Shown here piece by piece: positions 1-13,779 of a stretch of 64,000 nt of DNA. The notes beneath the pieces were generated by a model. It saw only the letters and a list, made by a program, of their open reading frames with translations. It did no database searches and was not told the DNA's origin. The stretch is from Mobula hypostoma (taxonomy: Eukaryota), in the NCBI RefSeq assembly GCF_963921235.1, contig NC_086097.1, positions 226,736,001 through 226,800,000 on the forward strand, read 5' to 3'. The translations under genes and the position numbers were made by a program. Every line of letters begins with the position of its first letter. The first letter of the stretch is position 1.

Positions 1-1530
1 TGTGAGACACCACTAGTCACAATCCTCCAATCTGAATGTACTCCCTCCACCACAACCCTCTGCCTTCTGCAGGCAAGCCAATTCTGAATCCACCTGGCCA
101 AACTTCCCTGGATCCCATGCCTTCTAACTTTCTGAATAAGCCTACCGTGTGGAACCTTGTCAAATGCCTTACAAAAATCCGTGTAGACACATCCACTGCA
201 CTACCCTCATCTATATGCCTGGTCACCTCCTCAAAGAACTCTATCAGGCTTGTTAGACAGGATCTACCCTTCACAAACCCATGCTGACTGTCCCTGATCA
301 GACCATGATTCTCTAAATGCCTATAGATCCTATCTCTAAGAATCTTTTCCAACAGCTTTCCCACCACAGACATAAGGCTCACTGGTCTATAATTACCCGG
401 ACTATCCCTACTAACTTTTTTGAACAAGGGGACAACATTTGCCTCCCTCCAATCCTCTGGTACCATTCCCGTGGACAACGAGGACATAAAGATCATAGCC
501 AGAGGCTCAGCAATCTCTTCTCTCACCTCGTGGAGCAGCCTGGGGAATATTCTGTCAGGCCCCGGGGACTTATCTGTCCTAATGTATTTTAACAACTCCA
601 ACACCTCCGCTCCCTTAATATCAACATGCTCCAGAACATCAACCTCACTCATATTGTCCTCACCATCATCAAGTTCCCTCTCATTGGTGAATACCGAAGA
701 GAAGTATTCACTGAGGACCTCGCTCACTTCCACAGCCTCCAGGCACATCTTCCCACCTTTATCTCTAATCGGTCCTACCTTCACTCCTGTCATCCTTTTG
801 TTCTTCACATAATTGAAGAATGCCTTGGGGTTTTCCTTTATCCTACTCACCAAGGCGTTCTCATGCCCCCTTCTTGCTCTTCTCAGCCCCTTCTTAAGCT
901 CCTTTCTTGCTTCCCTATATTCCTCAATAGACCCATCTGATCCTTGCTTCCTAAACCTCATGTATGCTGCCTTCTTCCACCTGACTAGATTTTCCATCTC
1001 ACTTGTCACCCATGGTTCCTTCACCCTACCGTTCTTTATCTTCCTCACCAGGACAAATTTATCCCTAACACCCTGCAAGAGATCTCTAAACATCGACCAC
1101 ATTTCCATAGTACATTTCCCTGCAAAAACATCATCCGAATTCACACCCACAAGTTCTAGCCTTATAGCCTCATAATTTGCCTTTCCTCAATTAAAAATTT
1201 TCCTGTCCTCTCTGATTCTATCCTTTTCCAAGATAATGCTAAAGGCCAGGGAGCGGTGGTCACTGTCCCCCAGATGCTCACCCACTGAGAGATCTGTGAC
1301 CTGACCCGGTTCATTACCTAGTACTAGATCTAGTATGGCATTCCCCCTAGTCGGCCTGTCCACATACTGTGACAGGAATCCATCCTGGACACACTTAACA
1401 AACACTGCCCCATCTAAACCTTTGGAACTAATCAGGTGCCAATCAATATTAGGGAAGTTAAAGTCACCCATGATAACAACCCTGTTATTTTTGCACCTTT
1501 CCAAAATCTGCCTCCCAATCTGCTCCTCAG
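1..1530 (-). mobile_element. CR1-clade LINE fragment (ORF2: end of APE endonuclease into RT), 5'-truncated, runs off the window start
   Basis: ORFs 1187..1504 (MGDFNFP, LDLVL, SDH) and 17..1150 (KSPGPD, NYRPVSL, QHGF) are CR1 ORF2 motifs, separated by a premature TGA; later frameshift. Confidence 0.95.
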
Positions 1531-2129
1531 TTGAAACTGAGGCGCAGGAAGGAGGAGGGAGAATTAGAAGGACAACTGGCTACTGTTAAGTCCCTCATTA
1601 TTTTTGCCTCATTAGCACTACGATAACCTAACATCACTGGGCAATCTTGGGTAGTGCATCTAAGAGGGGAAGTAGGCGGCAGGATTGCTCAGAAGGCCTG
1701 CCCAACACCCACTCTCCTCGGTAGTGCTTACATGGGGGATGAGATCAAAGAAGAAGTAGAAGAAATGGAGCCAGTGGTACAATCCAGCTTTCATCCATTT
1801 TCCACAATGACCTAATTTGAAGGAATTTCAGCCCCCTGTTTTATTTCAATAAACTTAGAACATATGTGCATTAGCTGTTCAAGGATAATGAATGCCAATC
1901 CTGTCTAAGGAGGATTATGTATCCTTTTCAAGTAAATGAAGCATATACCTTTCCATCATGTTTTACAACTTTAATCTTTGGGGTATGACTTAAAACTTGA
2001 TCTTGTATTTTAAAGTAATTTCTGAATTACCTATAAAATTTAATAATTAGTAAAATATTAGTAGGCATAGGCCTTTAAATTAAATATAATTTATAAGACC
2101 ATGCCAATGTTAATGTGTTTGCCTGTGCT

Positions 2130-2290
2130 TATAACAAACTGATATAGTGGGTTGAGCAGCATCTGTGGGGAAGAAAGGAATTGTCCAGGTTTCAGGTCCG
2201 GATCTTGCTGTGGGGTCCCATCCTGAAACATTGGCAATTCCTGCCCTCCACAGTTTGCTTTTCGCCCCATATTACAGCATCTGCTATTAC
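2130..2290. mobile_element. Old, degenerate Penelope-terminus fold-back element
   Basis: Imperfect inverted repeat (gcagcatctgtgg...gtttcagg / cctgaaac...ccacag...cagcatctgc) resembling the 21699 and 40450 elements. Confidence 0.55.
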
Positions 2291-2385
2291 TGTGTCTCCA
2301 TATACTATATATAACATAATTTCAAACAGTTCATCTTTATGCAAAGAAATGTTTATTACAAGTCATTTTTCCCAAATGAACTTTA

Positions 2386-2659
2386 CACTCTGTGGCCACT
2401 TTATCTCTGTAGATGTGAGTGCTTCTGGACTCACATCTCATTAAAGCAGCTCACCCTACTCTCGGGCACTGGTATAATTGTTGATTGGTTCAAGCTGACA
2501 GGAAAGGAGCAGTAACTCAAATCACCACACGTTACAACAGTGATGTGTAGAAGAGCATCTCTGAATGCACAGCACATCAGAATTTGAAGTGGGTTGGCTA
2601 CAGTAGCAGAAGACCTCACTGGGTTCCACTCCTGTACCCAATTATGTGGCCACTGAGTG
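2386..2659 (+). mobile_element. Non-autonomous Tc1-like DNA transposon
   Basis: TA then TIR cactctgtggccactttat, matching attatgtggccactgagtg at the right end; interior translates to a degenerate Tc1 N-terminal segment (VTQITTRYNS...GYSSRRPH.VPLL). Confidence 0.65.
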
Positions 2660-3287
2660 TGTTTTCTAATAAATTTATCTTCACATTCTTCATAAATCAA
2701 AATTCTAAGCAAAATAGTTTGTGCAGGGTGTAGTTCGTAGAATTAAGACATGATCCCTACATATATATTAAACCATATCAGAGAGAAAATTTGATGCTGC
2801 TGAATAACCATAAATAATTTCATTTTCTCTATAGTCCTTTTGCACATTTTAGCAGTAGAATTAGCAAAGATATTGGTGGTGCATGAGCTACTTCTGAAGC
2901 ATTAAAGTATGATTTTATTAGATTACCTGTTTTGATTTTAACTAATGTAATCAATTTCAGCACAGAATAAGAACTGTAGCTCTTCAGTTACAAAGAGGAA
3001 ATGACACAGCTAACATGGGTTTTAATTAAAAAGTTAGTAAGGCACATGATGCAGGTTCCCTGAAGCTCCAGAGCATAAGTGAAAATTGTTTTAAACTGGG
3101 TATTCCTATAACAAGGATAGAAGGTAGTTGTATTGAAAAAGGAAATACAAAACTACAGGCAAAAATGAAGATTAAGAAAAAAATAGAAATCTGAAATAAA
3201 TATAGAAAACTCTCAGTAGATTAGCTAGCATTTATGAAGGAGGAAACTAGAGATATCATTTTGTGTTAATGACCTGATCTGAACATC

Positions 3288-3655
3288 ATTCATTCATTAT
3301 GTGCTGTGTCATATGACATGGGCAATCATGGTTCTGACCATGATTGTTCTTGGCAAATTTTTCAACAGAAGTCCTTTGCCATTGCCTTCTTCTGGGCAGT
3401 GCCTTCACAAGACGGGCGACCCCAGCCATTATCAATACTCTTCATCGATTGTCTGCCTGGCATCAGTGGTCACATAACCAAGACTTGTGATATATACCGG
3501 CTGGTCCTATTTTTTCACTGATCGGGTGGGGGTGGGGGGTAGGGGTGCTAAGCAGGTGCTACACTTTCTCCAAGGGTGATCTGCAGGAGTGGAGGGAAGG
3601 AGCGCCTTACACCTACTCTGGTAGAGGTGTACAGTATCTCCGCCCCGCCACCCTA
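3288..3655 (-). mobile_element. RTE-related SINE-like repeat
   Basis: Reverse-complement similarity to 32975-33452; short (GAAT)n tail; family assignment from recall. Confidence 0.55.
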
Positions 3656-4447
3656 GATCTAAACATTGAGGTGTAATTAATTGCTGTTTAGACTTGGAAT
3701 CCTACAAAGGTAATAGAAGTATTAATGTCAATAACCAAAAACATGGGAACAGATACATTATCATGACGGCCGTAACAGAATTGTTGAAGGGAAATTGTGC
3801 TGCCAAACAAATTGGGTTGGATTTTTTGATATCATAACAGAGGAGTAGAACTGGTTTGGTTGACTTTGTGGTTCTAGGCTTTCAAAGGTTAGTTGACAAA
3901 GTGGAATTTATGAATTGTCATAATGAAATTCAAGCCAGTCGATTAAATGAGAAGCAGCAGCAATTGTGTATATAAGACAGAATACAGAGAGAAGTGGTGA
4001 ACTGTTGGTTTCAGAGCAGTGTTCTTGAAAGGAGGTGGGAGACAAATTTAAGTCGATTGCTGCCGTTTCTTTGCACGGGCTTCACATAGCCTTTGGCGCT
4101 GAGACCAGATGCTACCGGGCAACTGCCTTTTGCTGACCGAGTGTCTGACAAGGCAGGATCATTTCCTTAAGTGGGTTTCCAAGAATCTTTACAAAAGGTT
4201 GACAGTAACTTGATGATCAGTTATGTGAGAACAAGTAAAACCATGGCAAGTAAAAGGTGGTTCTAACTCCTGGAACTCTCTACCCGACACCACTCCCTTT
4301 CACAGAATGCCTACAGTAGTTCAAGGCAGCAGCTCGCTACTACTTTTTCAAGGAAAATGAATATAGACCTTGTCCAGATCCCAAAACAAAGAATGAAAAA
4401 TTGCTATGATTCCTGCTACAGTTGCAACAGTATTTCCAGAAGGCGAA

Positions 4448-4571
4448 AAGGGTCTCGGCCTGAAACGTCAACTGCGCCTCTTCCTATAGATGCTGCTTGG
4501 CCTGCTGCGTTCACCAGCAACTTTGATGTATGTTGCTTGAACTTCCAGCATCTGCAGAATTCCTGTTGTTT
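4448..4571 (+). mobile_element. Penelope-like terminal fragment beginning inside the hammerhead motif
   Basis: Closely matches 45626-45749 (agggtctcggcc.gaaacgtc.actg...ttccagcatctgcagaattcc); the CTGANGA half of the core is missing. Confidence 0.85.
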
Positions 4572-5369
4572 AAGCCTCTTAATGTTATGGCTTATGAATA
4601 AAAAGACCTCCTGGTCTTATGGGAACTGATTCTCACTCGAATATCATTGTCTTTCAACAGACATTTTTGAGTCCTCTAGTACCACAAAAGAGTGATATTT
4701 TACATCATAAACCTATTCTCCCAATGCTCCCCCAACCCATCCCTACACATCTGCATCCCACCTATAAAAGGTAGAAATTAATTTTCAAAATAAGCATTAA
4801 ATGTGTAGGAGCAAATTCCATTCTGTTTGCCTATCTACATGCAACCCATACTAAGGGTAATAAAGGAGCTAAAATTAGTTCATTTATTCCAACTGTTATG
4901 ACAAGATAAGATAAAACTTTATTTATCCCAAAGGAAATTATTGTTGCGAGGTTGCTCAGTCAGAATATATGCTTTAAATACAAAATATAAGCATTGAGGT
5001 ATGCAAAAATACAAAATGTGCATTAAAAAGTAATAGTGCAAAATACAGATGTGCAATGAAACCATATTCTAATGTACTTAAGGAAGAGGAATTATAGTTG
5101 CTATTACTCTTATTCCGTCAAGTTATATAAGGTCCAAAAATACTTTTTTTGGTTAAGGTTTTACATAAAAGTTTAATAAATGGAATTTTCTTCATAATTT
5201 CTACTGGCAAAGCTCATTGCTTTCCCTTTGATAAAAAGAATGCATGGAATGAGATACAGGAAAATGTGCCATCCAGATGAAATGGCTTTTTTTTCTATAA
5301 ATAAATACAACAGTTTTTTGTGTAATATCTTCATGTTGATATATTACATAGTCTCATGTCTTTTCAAAG

Positions 5370-5490
5370 GTGTCTCTTCCAGATGGAATGAACTCCACCA
5401 GCATATTGCCCTCAACTGGTTTGGACAAACTGCAAAGTTTCTTTAGCAATCCTGCAACAGCAGCTACAGAAGAATCATGTAAAGCATTGG
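5370..5490 (+). CDS. ZFHX4: ZFHX4 internal coding exon (121 nt, phase 0 to 1), not in the ORF track
   Basis: Acceptor ttttcaaag|G, donor G|gtaagc; translates VSLPDGMNSTSILPSTGLDKLQSFFSNPATAATEESCKAL(G); splices in frame to 6827; resembles the recalled mammalian VPVPDVMMPNSLLLP... exon. Confidence 0.8.
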
Positions 5491-6826
5491 GTAAGCATTG
5501 CAATGAAATGGATGCAAGCTTTCTGTATAGTATATGGCTTATGTGAGACCTGTGTAATAAATTACCCAGCTGGTAGAATGATGATTTGAATGCTAAATTA
5601 ATTTGCTCTAACTGACTGATCCTTCAAATGTGCTTTAACAACTTATTTTACATGGGCAGAGATAGGCTCCGCTGCTGACGATTGCAACAAGGTGTGTGCA
5701 GATGCTCCCCATACGAGATAGCCTAATTTACCAAGGGACAAGAAGATAATCATGGGCCTGGATCAAAGACCACTTATATCTTCATATCATTCTACTGGGC
5801 AACTGATTTAAATGGTTGTATTTCGCAGAAGGTTCCTAATTTAAAGCAGGGGCTCTCTATATTGCAAATGACCTGCCTTATGCAAATCTGAATTTATGCA
5901 AATTCCTCTTCTTTTTTGAAGTATTTTTAAGCTAGCAATAATAATAATAAAATGTCCCATGGTATTCACTAAAGACTGGATGCAGTGCTTATTCCATCAG
6001 TTTAATTGTGGGTAGTGTTAGGTGATTGTTCAAAGAAACAAAAGAATTTAGCAGGTATGATGTGGGTTACTACAGAAATCAGACATTTCTGACCTACAGA
6101 TAAACTGATTTAGAGACTATTCTCAGGAACTGAACCCTTACCTGACCCGGGCACTGCCTGCATTTAGGCGGCAGGCTTGCTGCGTTTGCACAGAGTGCAG
6201 TCTTTTGGATGAAATGGTAAAATGAGCCTTCTATAGATATTAAATGTTCTCAAATAGATATTCTACCCTTGAAGTGGAATTGTAATCTGGGATAGAACCT
6301 GGATCTTCAAACTCTCAGCTAATTGACTATGAACTGTAAATCTGGTAATCTGGGGAAAAGGAGGTGTTGGCATTTGACCAACTCACCTTCTATGTTCTTG
6401 CAGCTCCTCAGGGGCGTATCTTGGTACTTTCCAAATTATCTGAGTAATCCAGCCTACATTAATTATGGGAAATCTTGTCCTGTTCCAAATCCTGGAAAGA
6501 CTTCAAAGCAAAAGGCTCAAAAATGCTTGGAATTTGTCTTCTTCAATATAAGCAATTATTCTTGCTCATCCCCTCGGACAGGGCTTCTACTCTGTAAATC
6601 TATCGACGTCCTTAAATAGTTTGAAAAATGAAAAGTATTGAACTTGTGTTGTTCGTTGTTAGTCTCATAAAATGTTATGCCTGGGAGCTTTTCCAATGGT
6701 CTTTGTATAGGAAGAGATGTGATACTCACTTTTGGGCTCCTATAGGAAATTTAGGAAGTTTTAGTGTTTTGTAATCACAGTGTACATTTCTTTCATCTGA
6801 CACCTTTTTTTTAAATTATTGACCAG

Positions 6827-9800
6827 GTGAATATTCATCGGAGGGAAAGCTTTACACGGGCTCAGACAACTCAAAGCCTGGAACTGAGTCAAAAACTGAG
6901 GAGCAGAAAATGCCAAAGGAAGCTTCAGATCCTGCTGACTGGACAAAAGATGAAAGTCAACAGTTTAAGGTTTCAGATTCCTTGCAAGATCAACTAAATG
7001 AACTGCAGAAAAGGCAACAGTTGCCTGTGTCTGATCGGCACGTGTACAAGTATCGCTGCAGTCAATGCAGTCTGGCTTTCAAGACCATGCAAAAACTTCA
7101 GATTCATTCTCAGTATCACGCCATTCGGGCTGCCACGATGTGCAGCCTTTGTCAGCGCAGCTTCCGCACTTTTCTAGCTTTAAAGAGGCACTTGGAAACG
7201 AGTCATCCTGAACTCAGCGAGTCCGAAGTGCAGCAGATTTGTGGGAGTTACCACGTAAATGGGGAGTTCTGGTCAGAGAACGATGTCATCAGTCAAGACG
7301 ATAACATCCTGGTACAGGAAATGGATAAAGAAGAAGAACTGGAGCAGGATGGGAAAGTTAGCCCAACAGGAAGTGACAGTAGCTCCATTCTAGATGATTT
7401 AAGTGCAGAACCAAAGCGAACACTGCCTTTCCGTAAAGGTCCAAATTTTACAATGGAGAAGTTTTTGGACCCTTCTCGACCATACAAATGCACAGTGTGT
7501 AAAGAATCTTTCACTCAGAAGAATATTCTCTTAGTTCACTATAATTCTGTATCGCACCTGCACAAGCTCAAGAAAGTTCTCCAAGAGGCATCAAGTCCAG
7601 TTCCCCAAGAATCCAACAACAGCATAGATAACAAGCCCTACAAGTGCAGCACGTGCAACGTTGCTTACAGTCAAAGCTCGACACTGGAAATACACATGAG
7701 ATCGGTGCTCCACCAGACAAAAGCAAGAGCGGCCAAGCTGGAAGCTGGGAATTGCAATACCGGAAGTGGAAGCAATAGCGTGAGCAGTAGCAGCAGCGGT
7801 CCTGCCGCTGGTCAAATGACCGCAGACTCTCATGGGGTGGCCGCGGCTACTAATAAGGACACCAATGCCGATATCAAAGAAGCAATCAAGAAACAGCTGA
7901 GTGATGCTACTTCTCCCCAGTCTGCCCAACATCACCCTCCGTCTCCAGTACAGGCCCAAGCCCAGGACCAAGCTCAGGCTCAGGCTCAGGCTCAGGCCCA
8001 GGCCCAGGCCCAGGCCCAGGCCCAGGCCCAAGCTCAGGCTCAAGCTCAAGCCCAGGCCCAGGCCCAAGCCCAAGCCCAAGCCCAGGTGCAGGCCCAGGCC
8101 CTGGCACAAGCCCAGGCACAAATGCATCTGCAGCATGAACTGCAGCAGCAAGCTGCTTTCTTTCAGCCTCAGTTTCTAAACCCAGCACTGTTACCACACT
8201 TCCCTCTGACAGCCGAAGCTTTGCTGCAGCTACAGCAGCCACAGTTTCTCTTCCCGTTTTACCTGCCAGGTACTGAATTTAACCTGAACGCAGAGCCAGG
8301 TTTGCCTAGCTCGGGGACCTTTGGAATATCTGCAATGACGGGATCTTTGCTGGATGACTTAAAGCAACAAGTACAAGGGCAGCACTTACTGCAGATTCAG
8401 CAACAATACAGCCAGCAGCACCAAGCCATGCAGTCACAGCAGCTGTCACAGAAACAGCAGCAGCAAGTAGTGAAACCAACAAAGCAGGAGCAAAACACTT
8501 TGAATTCCTCAGAGACCCAGTTATTAAAGGAAGCTTATTCCCTGAAAGAAGTCGAGGAACAAATGGAGGTAACAGAAGGCAAGGCACAGCATGATTTTTT
8601 AAGTGAATCCGATGCTTTAAAAGAGAATAAGGAGATGAAAAAGCAGAAGTCAGTGGAATCGATGCTTCCCCCTCCTCGTATTCCATCCGGTGCAAGAGGC
8701 AATGCAGCAAAGGCTTTACTGGAAAACTTTGGCTTCGAGCTGGTTATCCAGTTCAATGAAAATAAGCAGAAAGTTCAGAAGAGAAGCAAGAACGGGGAGA
8801 GTGAGAGGGTGGACAAACTAGAATGTGAAGCATGTGGCAAACTGTTTTCAAACATACTTATTCTGAAGAGTCACCAGGAGCATGTTCATTGTCAGTTTTT
8901 CCCCTTTGGCGAGCTGGAAATATTTGCATGTCACTACAGGGAAGCATACGACAAATTGTATCCTGTAGTACCATCCTCCCCAGAATCACCCGCCCCTCCA
9001 CCACCGCCTCCTCCTCCGCCACCTCCGCCTCCGCCTCCGCCACCGCCGGCTCCTCCCTCAACGGGGAGCGGCAAACTCCAAGCGTCTGTCCCATCACCGT
9101 TACCACCACCGCCTCCTCCACCTCCCCCACCTCCACCCCCACCACCCCCTCCACCTTCCTCACAATCCCAGGTGCAGATGCCTGTATCCTTGGATCTGCC
9201 TCTCTTCCCCCCGGTCATGATGCAGCATTCTTCTTTGCCACCCCAGCTCACGTTACAACTCCCAGCCATGGAATCCTTGTCCGCTGACCTCACCCAGCTC
9301 TGCCAGCAGCAGCTGGGCTTGGATCCTAATTTCCTGAGGCACCACCAGTTCAAGAGGCCACGCACAAGAATCACAGATGACCAGCTAAAGATCTTGCGGA
9401 CTTATTTTGATATAAATAACTCTCCGACTGAAGAACAGATCCAGGAAATGTCAGAAAAATCAGGACTTCCTCAGAAGGTTATTAAACATTGGTTTCGTAA
9501 CACCCTCTTTAAAGAAAGGCAAAGAAATAAGGACTCGCCATACAATTTCAACAATCCACCCATTACCACATTGGAAGAATCCAGAACTGATACTTTCTTT
9601 AGTTCGGGGGAATATTACAAGACTGACGGTACCATAAATAAACGCTCATCCCGGACGCGATTCACGGACTACCAGTTGAGGGTTCTGCAGGACTTTTTTG
9701 ATACGAATGCTTATCCAAAAGATGATGAAATAGAACAGCTATCCACAGTTCTAAACCTACCTACCCGAGTAATTGTCGTCTGGTTCCAAAATGCCCGTCA

Positions 9801-12331
9801 AAAAGCACGAAAGAGTTTTGAGAACCAAACAGATACTAAAGATAGTGAAAGACGAGAGCTAACCAATGAACGTTATATTCGAACCAGTAACTTGCAATAT
9901 CAGTGTAAAAAATGCAATGTAGTCTTTCCTCGAATTTTTGACCTAATTACCCATCAAAAGAAACAGTGTTACAAAGATGAAGATGACGACGGTCAGGATG
10001 ATAGTCAAACAGAAGATTCAATGGATGCTACAGACCAAATGCTGTCGAGTCATCCTGATGTATCTGGACCAACAGATCCATCAAAACCTACAGCAGGAAA
10101 AGTGCCGGGATCCGGTTCGAAATCGGGTTCTAGTTCTGGATCTAGCACTCCTCTGATGCCTTCGCCCAAACTAGAAATGGATAAAAATTCACCTAAATCT
10201 AACCAACCAGTAGAGAAACCAAAGCAAGCTGAGGCAGCTCAAGCCTCTCCAATGGTCAAACTGACATCCTCACCTCCATCCGAGCCACAGCCTTTAGCAC
10301 CTCAGCAAAAGCAGCCCCAACAGCCAATAGCGCGACCTCATTCACAGCCTCAGAATACCACCGTGCATCCAACCAGCCCTCTGTCTGTAGCAGTCACCTC
10401 TTTACAGAACAGCCTACCTCCTCAAATGTTACAATACCAGTGTGACCAGTGTAAATATGCCTTCCCAACTTTGGAACTTTGGCAGGAGCACCAGCACATC
10501 CATTTCTTGGCAGCCCAGAATCAATTCCTCCATTCACAAATCTTGGATAGATCTTTAGATATGCCCTACATGGTTTTTGATCCAAATAGTCCACTGATGG
10601 GGGGACAATTGCTTCCTGGACCCCCTTCACAGATATCCTCCCAAACTGGTTCATCAGTTCCAACGCCCTCCAATACAACGTCTGGAACAGTGAAGCGTAA
10701 ATTGGAAGAGAAAGAGGAAAACAATCAAACTGAAAAGGAAGGCTCCATTTGTAGTGACGAGCCACATCGCGATAAAAGGCTTAGAACAACAATTACTCCG
10801 GAACAACTTGAGGTGCTGTATGAAAAGTACTTGTTGGATTCTAATCCTACTCGAAAAATGTTGGATCACATTTCAAATGAAGTAGGCTTAAAGAAACGCG
10901 TGGTTCAGGTCTGGTTTCAGAACACCAGGGCTCGTGAAAGAAAGGGGCAGTTCCGTGCTCTCGGCCCAAGTCAGTCTCACCGAAGGTGTCCTTTCTGCCG
11001 AGCGCTTTTTAAAGCGAAAACAGCACTCGAGACGCACATCCGTTCTCGACACTGGCACGAAGCTAAGCAGGCAGGCTACAGTCTCCCCCCGAGCCCGGTG
11101 ATGCCACAAGACGATGACGGTGAGAGTCCGCAGAAAGATAATTATTTTGAATTTCCAACGTTACTCTTCTCCAAGATTGATGCGTTAAGCGAAAATGATC
11201 AATCTGCAGTTTCGACACCTGTGAGTAAAACAGCAGATATGTCACCAAAACATCTTCTGAGCCCTTCATTATTCAAATCAGAATGCAATGAAGACACAGG
11301 GAGCCCAAACATGGTCCCTGCTGTTGTCAGTTTTGATTTGAATAAGACAGATTATGATGAAACTTCATCTGTTAACACAGCTGTGAGTGATGGAAGTACA
11401 GGAGATGAAGGAAACAATGAGAATGAAAACCTTACCGTTAGTACCTCAGAGAATCGAGCTACTGAGTCTGCAGACAACCCAAAAACATCAATAGCTGGTG
11501 ATCAATTGTCAACGACGACCACAACTCCCACAGTTGACTATTATGACGAAAGACTTTCCGTGAGCTTACCCAGCCCTTCTCTAAGCTTTATATCAAGAGA
11601 AAATGACCTGGATGACAGCGTTGACCGAAGTGAGACATCGAGTTTAGCTGACCCCTGTTCTCCTAGTCCATTTGGGAGCCACGCTAGCCTCAAATCATCC
11701 AGATCCAGTGAACGTCCTGGCCATAAACGCTTCAGAACACAAATGAGCAACCTTCAATTAAAAGTCCTAAAATCATGCTTCACTGATTATCGAACACCAA
11801 CAATGCAAGAATGTGAACTTCTTGGCAATGAAATTAATCTGCCTAAGAGAGTTGTCCAGGTCTGGTTTCAGAATGCTCGAGCCAAGGACAAAAAAATAAA
11901 GCTGAACATGGCAAAGTCGTTCATGATGAATCAAAGTGGAAGTGATTCACAGAGAACAGAGTGTTCTTTATGTGGTGTTATGTACACTGCACGTTTGTCT
12001 ATCAGAGATCACATCTTTTCACAACAGCATATCAATAAGGTGAAGGAAACAGTGGGGTGTCAGCTGGATAAAGAGAAGGACTATCTCGCTCCTACAACTG
12101 TCCGACAGTTGATGGCCCAACAAGAGTTGGATCGACTGAAGAAGGCCACAGATGCATTGGGAATTACGTCACAGCAGCAAGTTCTGCATCAGCAAAGTGT
12201 TATGGAGAATAACACGTTGCATGGTCTCAATGCTCCAACATCTTATTCAAGCCTCCCAGGACTTTCTTCGGTTATTCTTCCTGGAGTAAATGGTCCTGCT
12301 TCACTGCCTAGTTTTCCACAAAACACAACTG
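6827..12331 (+). CDS. ZFHX4: ZFHX4 large penultimate coding exon (5505 nt): C2H2 zinc fingers and four homeodomains (~9352, ~9640, ~10771, ~11722)
   Basis: 1845-aa ORF with [37 protein letters not shown] and homeodomains KRPRTRI/RSSRTRF/KRLRTTI/KRFRTQM ending WFRN/WFQN; acceptor gaccag|GT at 6826/6827, donor G|gtaagt at 12331/12332. Confidence 0.97.
7951..8121 (+). repeat. Coding hexanucleotide repeat encoding a 57-aa (Gln-Ala)n tract
   Basis: CAGGCC/CAGGCT/CAAGCC/CAAGCT units in frame in ZFHX4. Confidence 0.97.
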
Positions 12332-13779
12332 GTAAGTTACTTAGAATGCATATCTATTGGTATTGGTTTAATGTACCACAATACAGTAAAAAGCTTGTCT
12401 TGTATACTGTTTATACAGATCAAATCATCACTCTAGCATTGAGCTAGAATAAACTAAAACAAAAATGCAGAATAAAGTGTATAAAAGCTATGAAAATGCA
12501 GTGCAGATAAATGATAAAGTGCAATTTATTTCAAATTACTAGAGTTTACTAAATTTATGCACACAATTTAGGATCTTAAAGTGTTCCTGCGAAACATCTG
12601 TCAACACTTAAAGTTTTCTACGTCATGCATTCCAGTGTTGGCATTGTTATCACTTACTAGATCTTGCATGCCTCCCCGTAGAGAGGCAGTGAGAGGGTGA
12701 GGTAGAAAAAATTTGGAGCCTGAGTCACAGTGGATCTTTGGGATTTGACCTCTCAGGTGTAGAACAATCCTAAACGTCCCTCACATATAGAGTTACCTGT
12801 CTACCTTTTCACCCCGTGTATGACAAAAGAATCCAAGAGACTGGAAGATATAAACTAAGTGTGAGGAGGTGGAATTAGCAAGATATATTTCTGTTTCACA
12901 TCTATTTAATATTTCAGGAAACTAATGCATATATTCTGAAAGATAACTACCAATTTATGAAATGAGTAGTGTGCTTGTGATGTGTCCATGTCTTAAGATA
13001 TATGGTGCTAAATGTAATGAAAGGAAGCTAATTACCATACAGCTCATTAAACTAGTTTTAAAAGGAGGAGGTTAATGCTTTGCTAAATATAGATGGACAA
13101 ATGCTTGTGTTTGATTGAGAAGTGGAAGGAGATAATTAACATTATTGTTCAGACAAAAGAAGAAAAGTACAAGTTTAAATGCTTTTATGTTAGTAGAAAT
13201 CTGAAATAATCTTATGGCTCTGAAGGTATATGTATTCAATAAATATTCTTGCATTATTGGTTGGGAGAAATCTGCATAATTAAGGGAACGAAATATACTT
13301 TGCATAGATTTAACAAGGTAAGCGTTTTGGTAAATCATGAAGCCTATTGAATAAATGTCACGATTCGGTGCTGCAGCTGGTGCAAATGCTGCCTCATAGT
13401 CCAACAAGCCAAGTTCAGTCTCTGATAGAATCTGTGGAGAGATTAAAAGTTCTTTCTATGATCAGATCGGTTTCCATGGGGAATAGATTTCAGGGAAATT
13501 TAGTGCTGATTGGGATTGCTCTGGGAGTCAGCGTATCATTTGAAATGGTGTCCTTCTATATCATATGGAAAAACAGAAGTACAGTATCCATATATGGTAA
13601 AACATTTGAAGGTTTGTATCAAGATACTACTGATGGTAAAGGTTCAAAGGTTTATTTTTTTGTCAAAGTATGGATGTACAATACAACTCTGATATTTGTC
13701 TTCTCCAGATAGCCATGAAATATAGAAAGACCATACATCAACTCCCCCCCGTATGAAAAAGAAAAAGAAACAAAACTCG

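Noticed and set aside
8989..9156. Two long poly-proline tracts
   Set aside because: Poly-Pro runs before homeodomain 1 are, from recall, usual in ZFHX4.
7591..9374. Antisense and alternate-frame ORFs (poly-LG, poly-GP, poly-G, poly-RP)
   Set aside because: Shadows of the QA and poly-Pro repeats in ZFHX4.
12332..12447. C-terminal 38 aa of the 1845-aa ORF ([10 protein letters not shown]...)
   Set aside because: Read-through past the G|gtaagt donor into intron; the protein continues at 23638.
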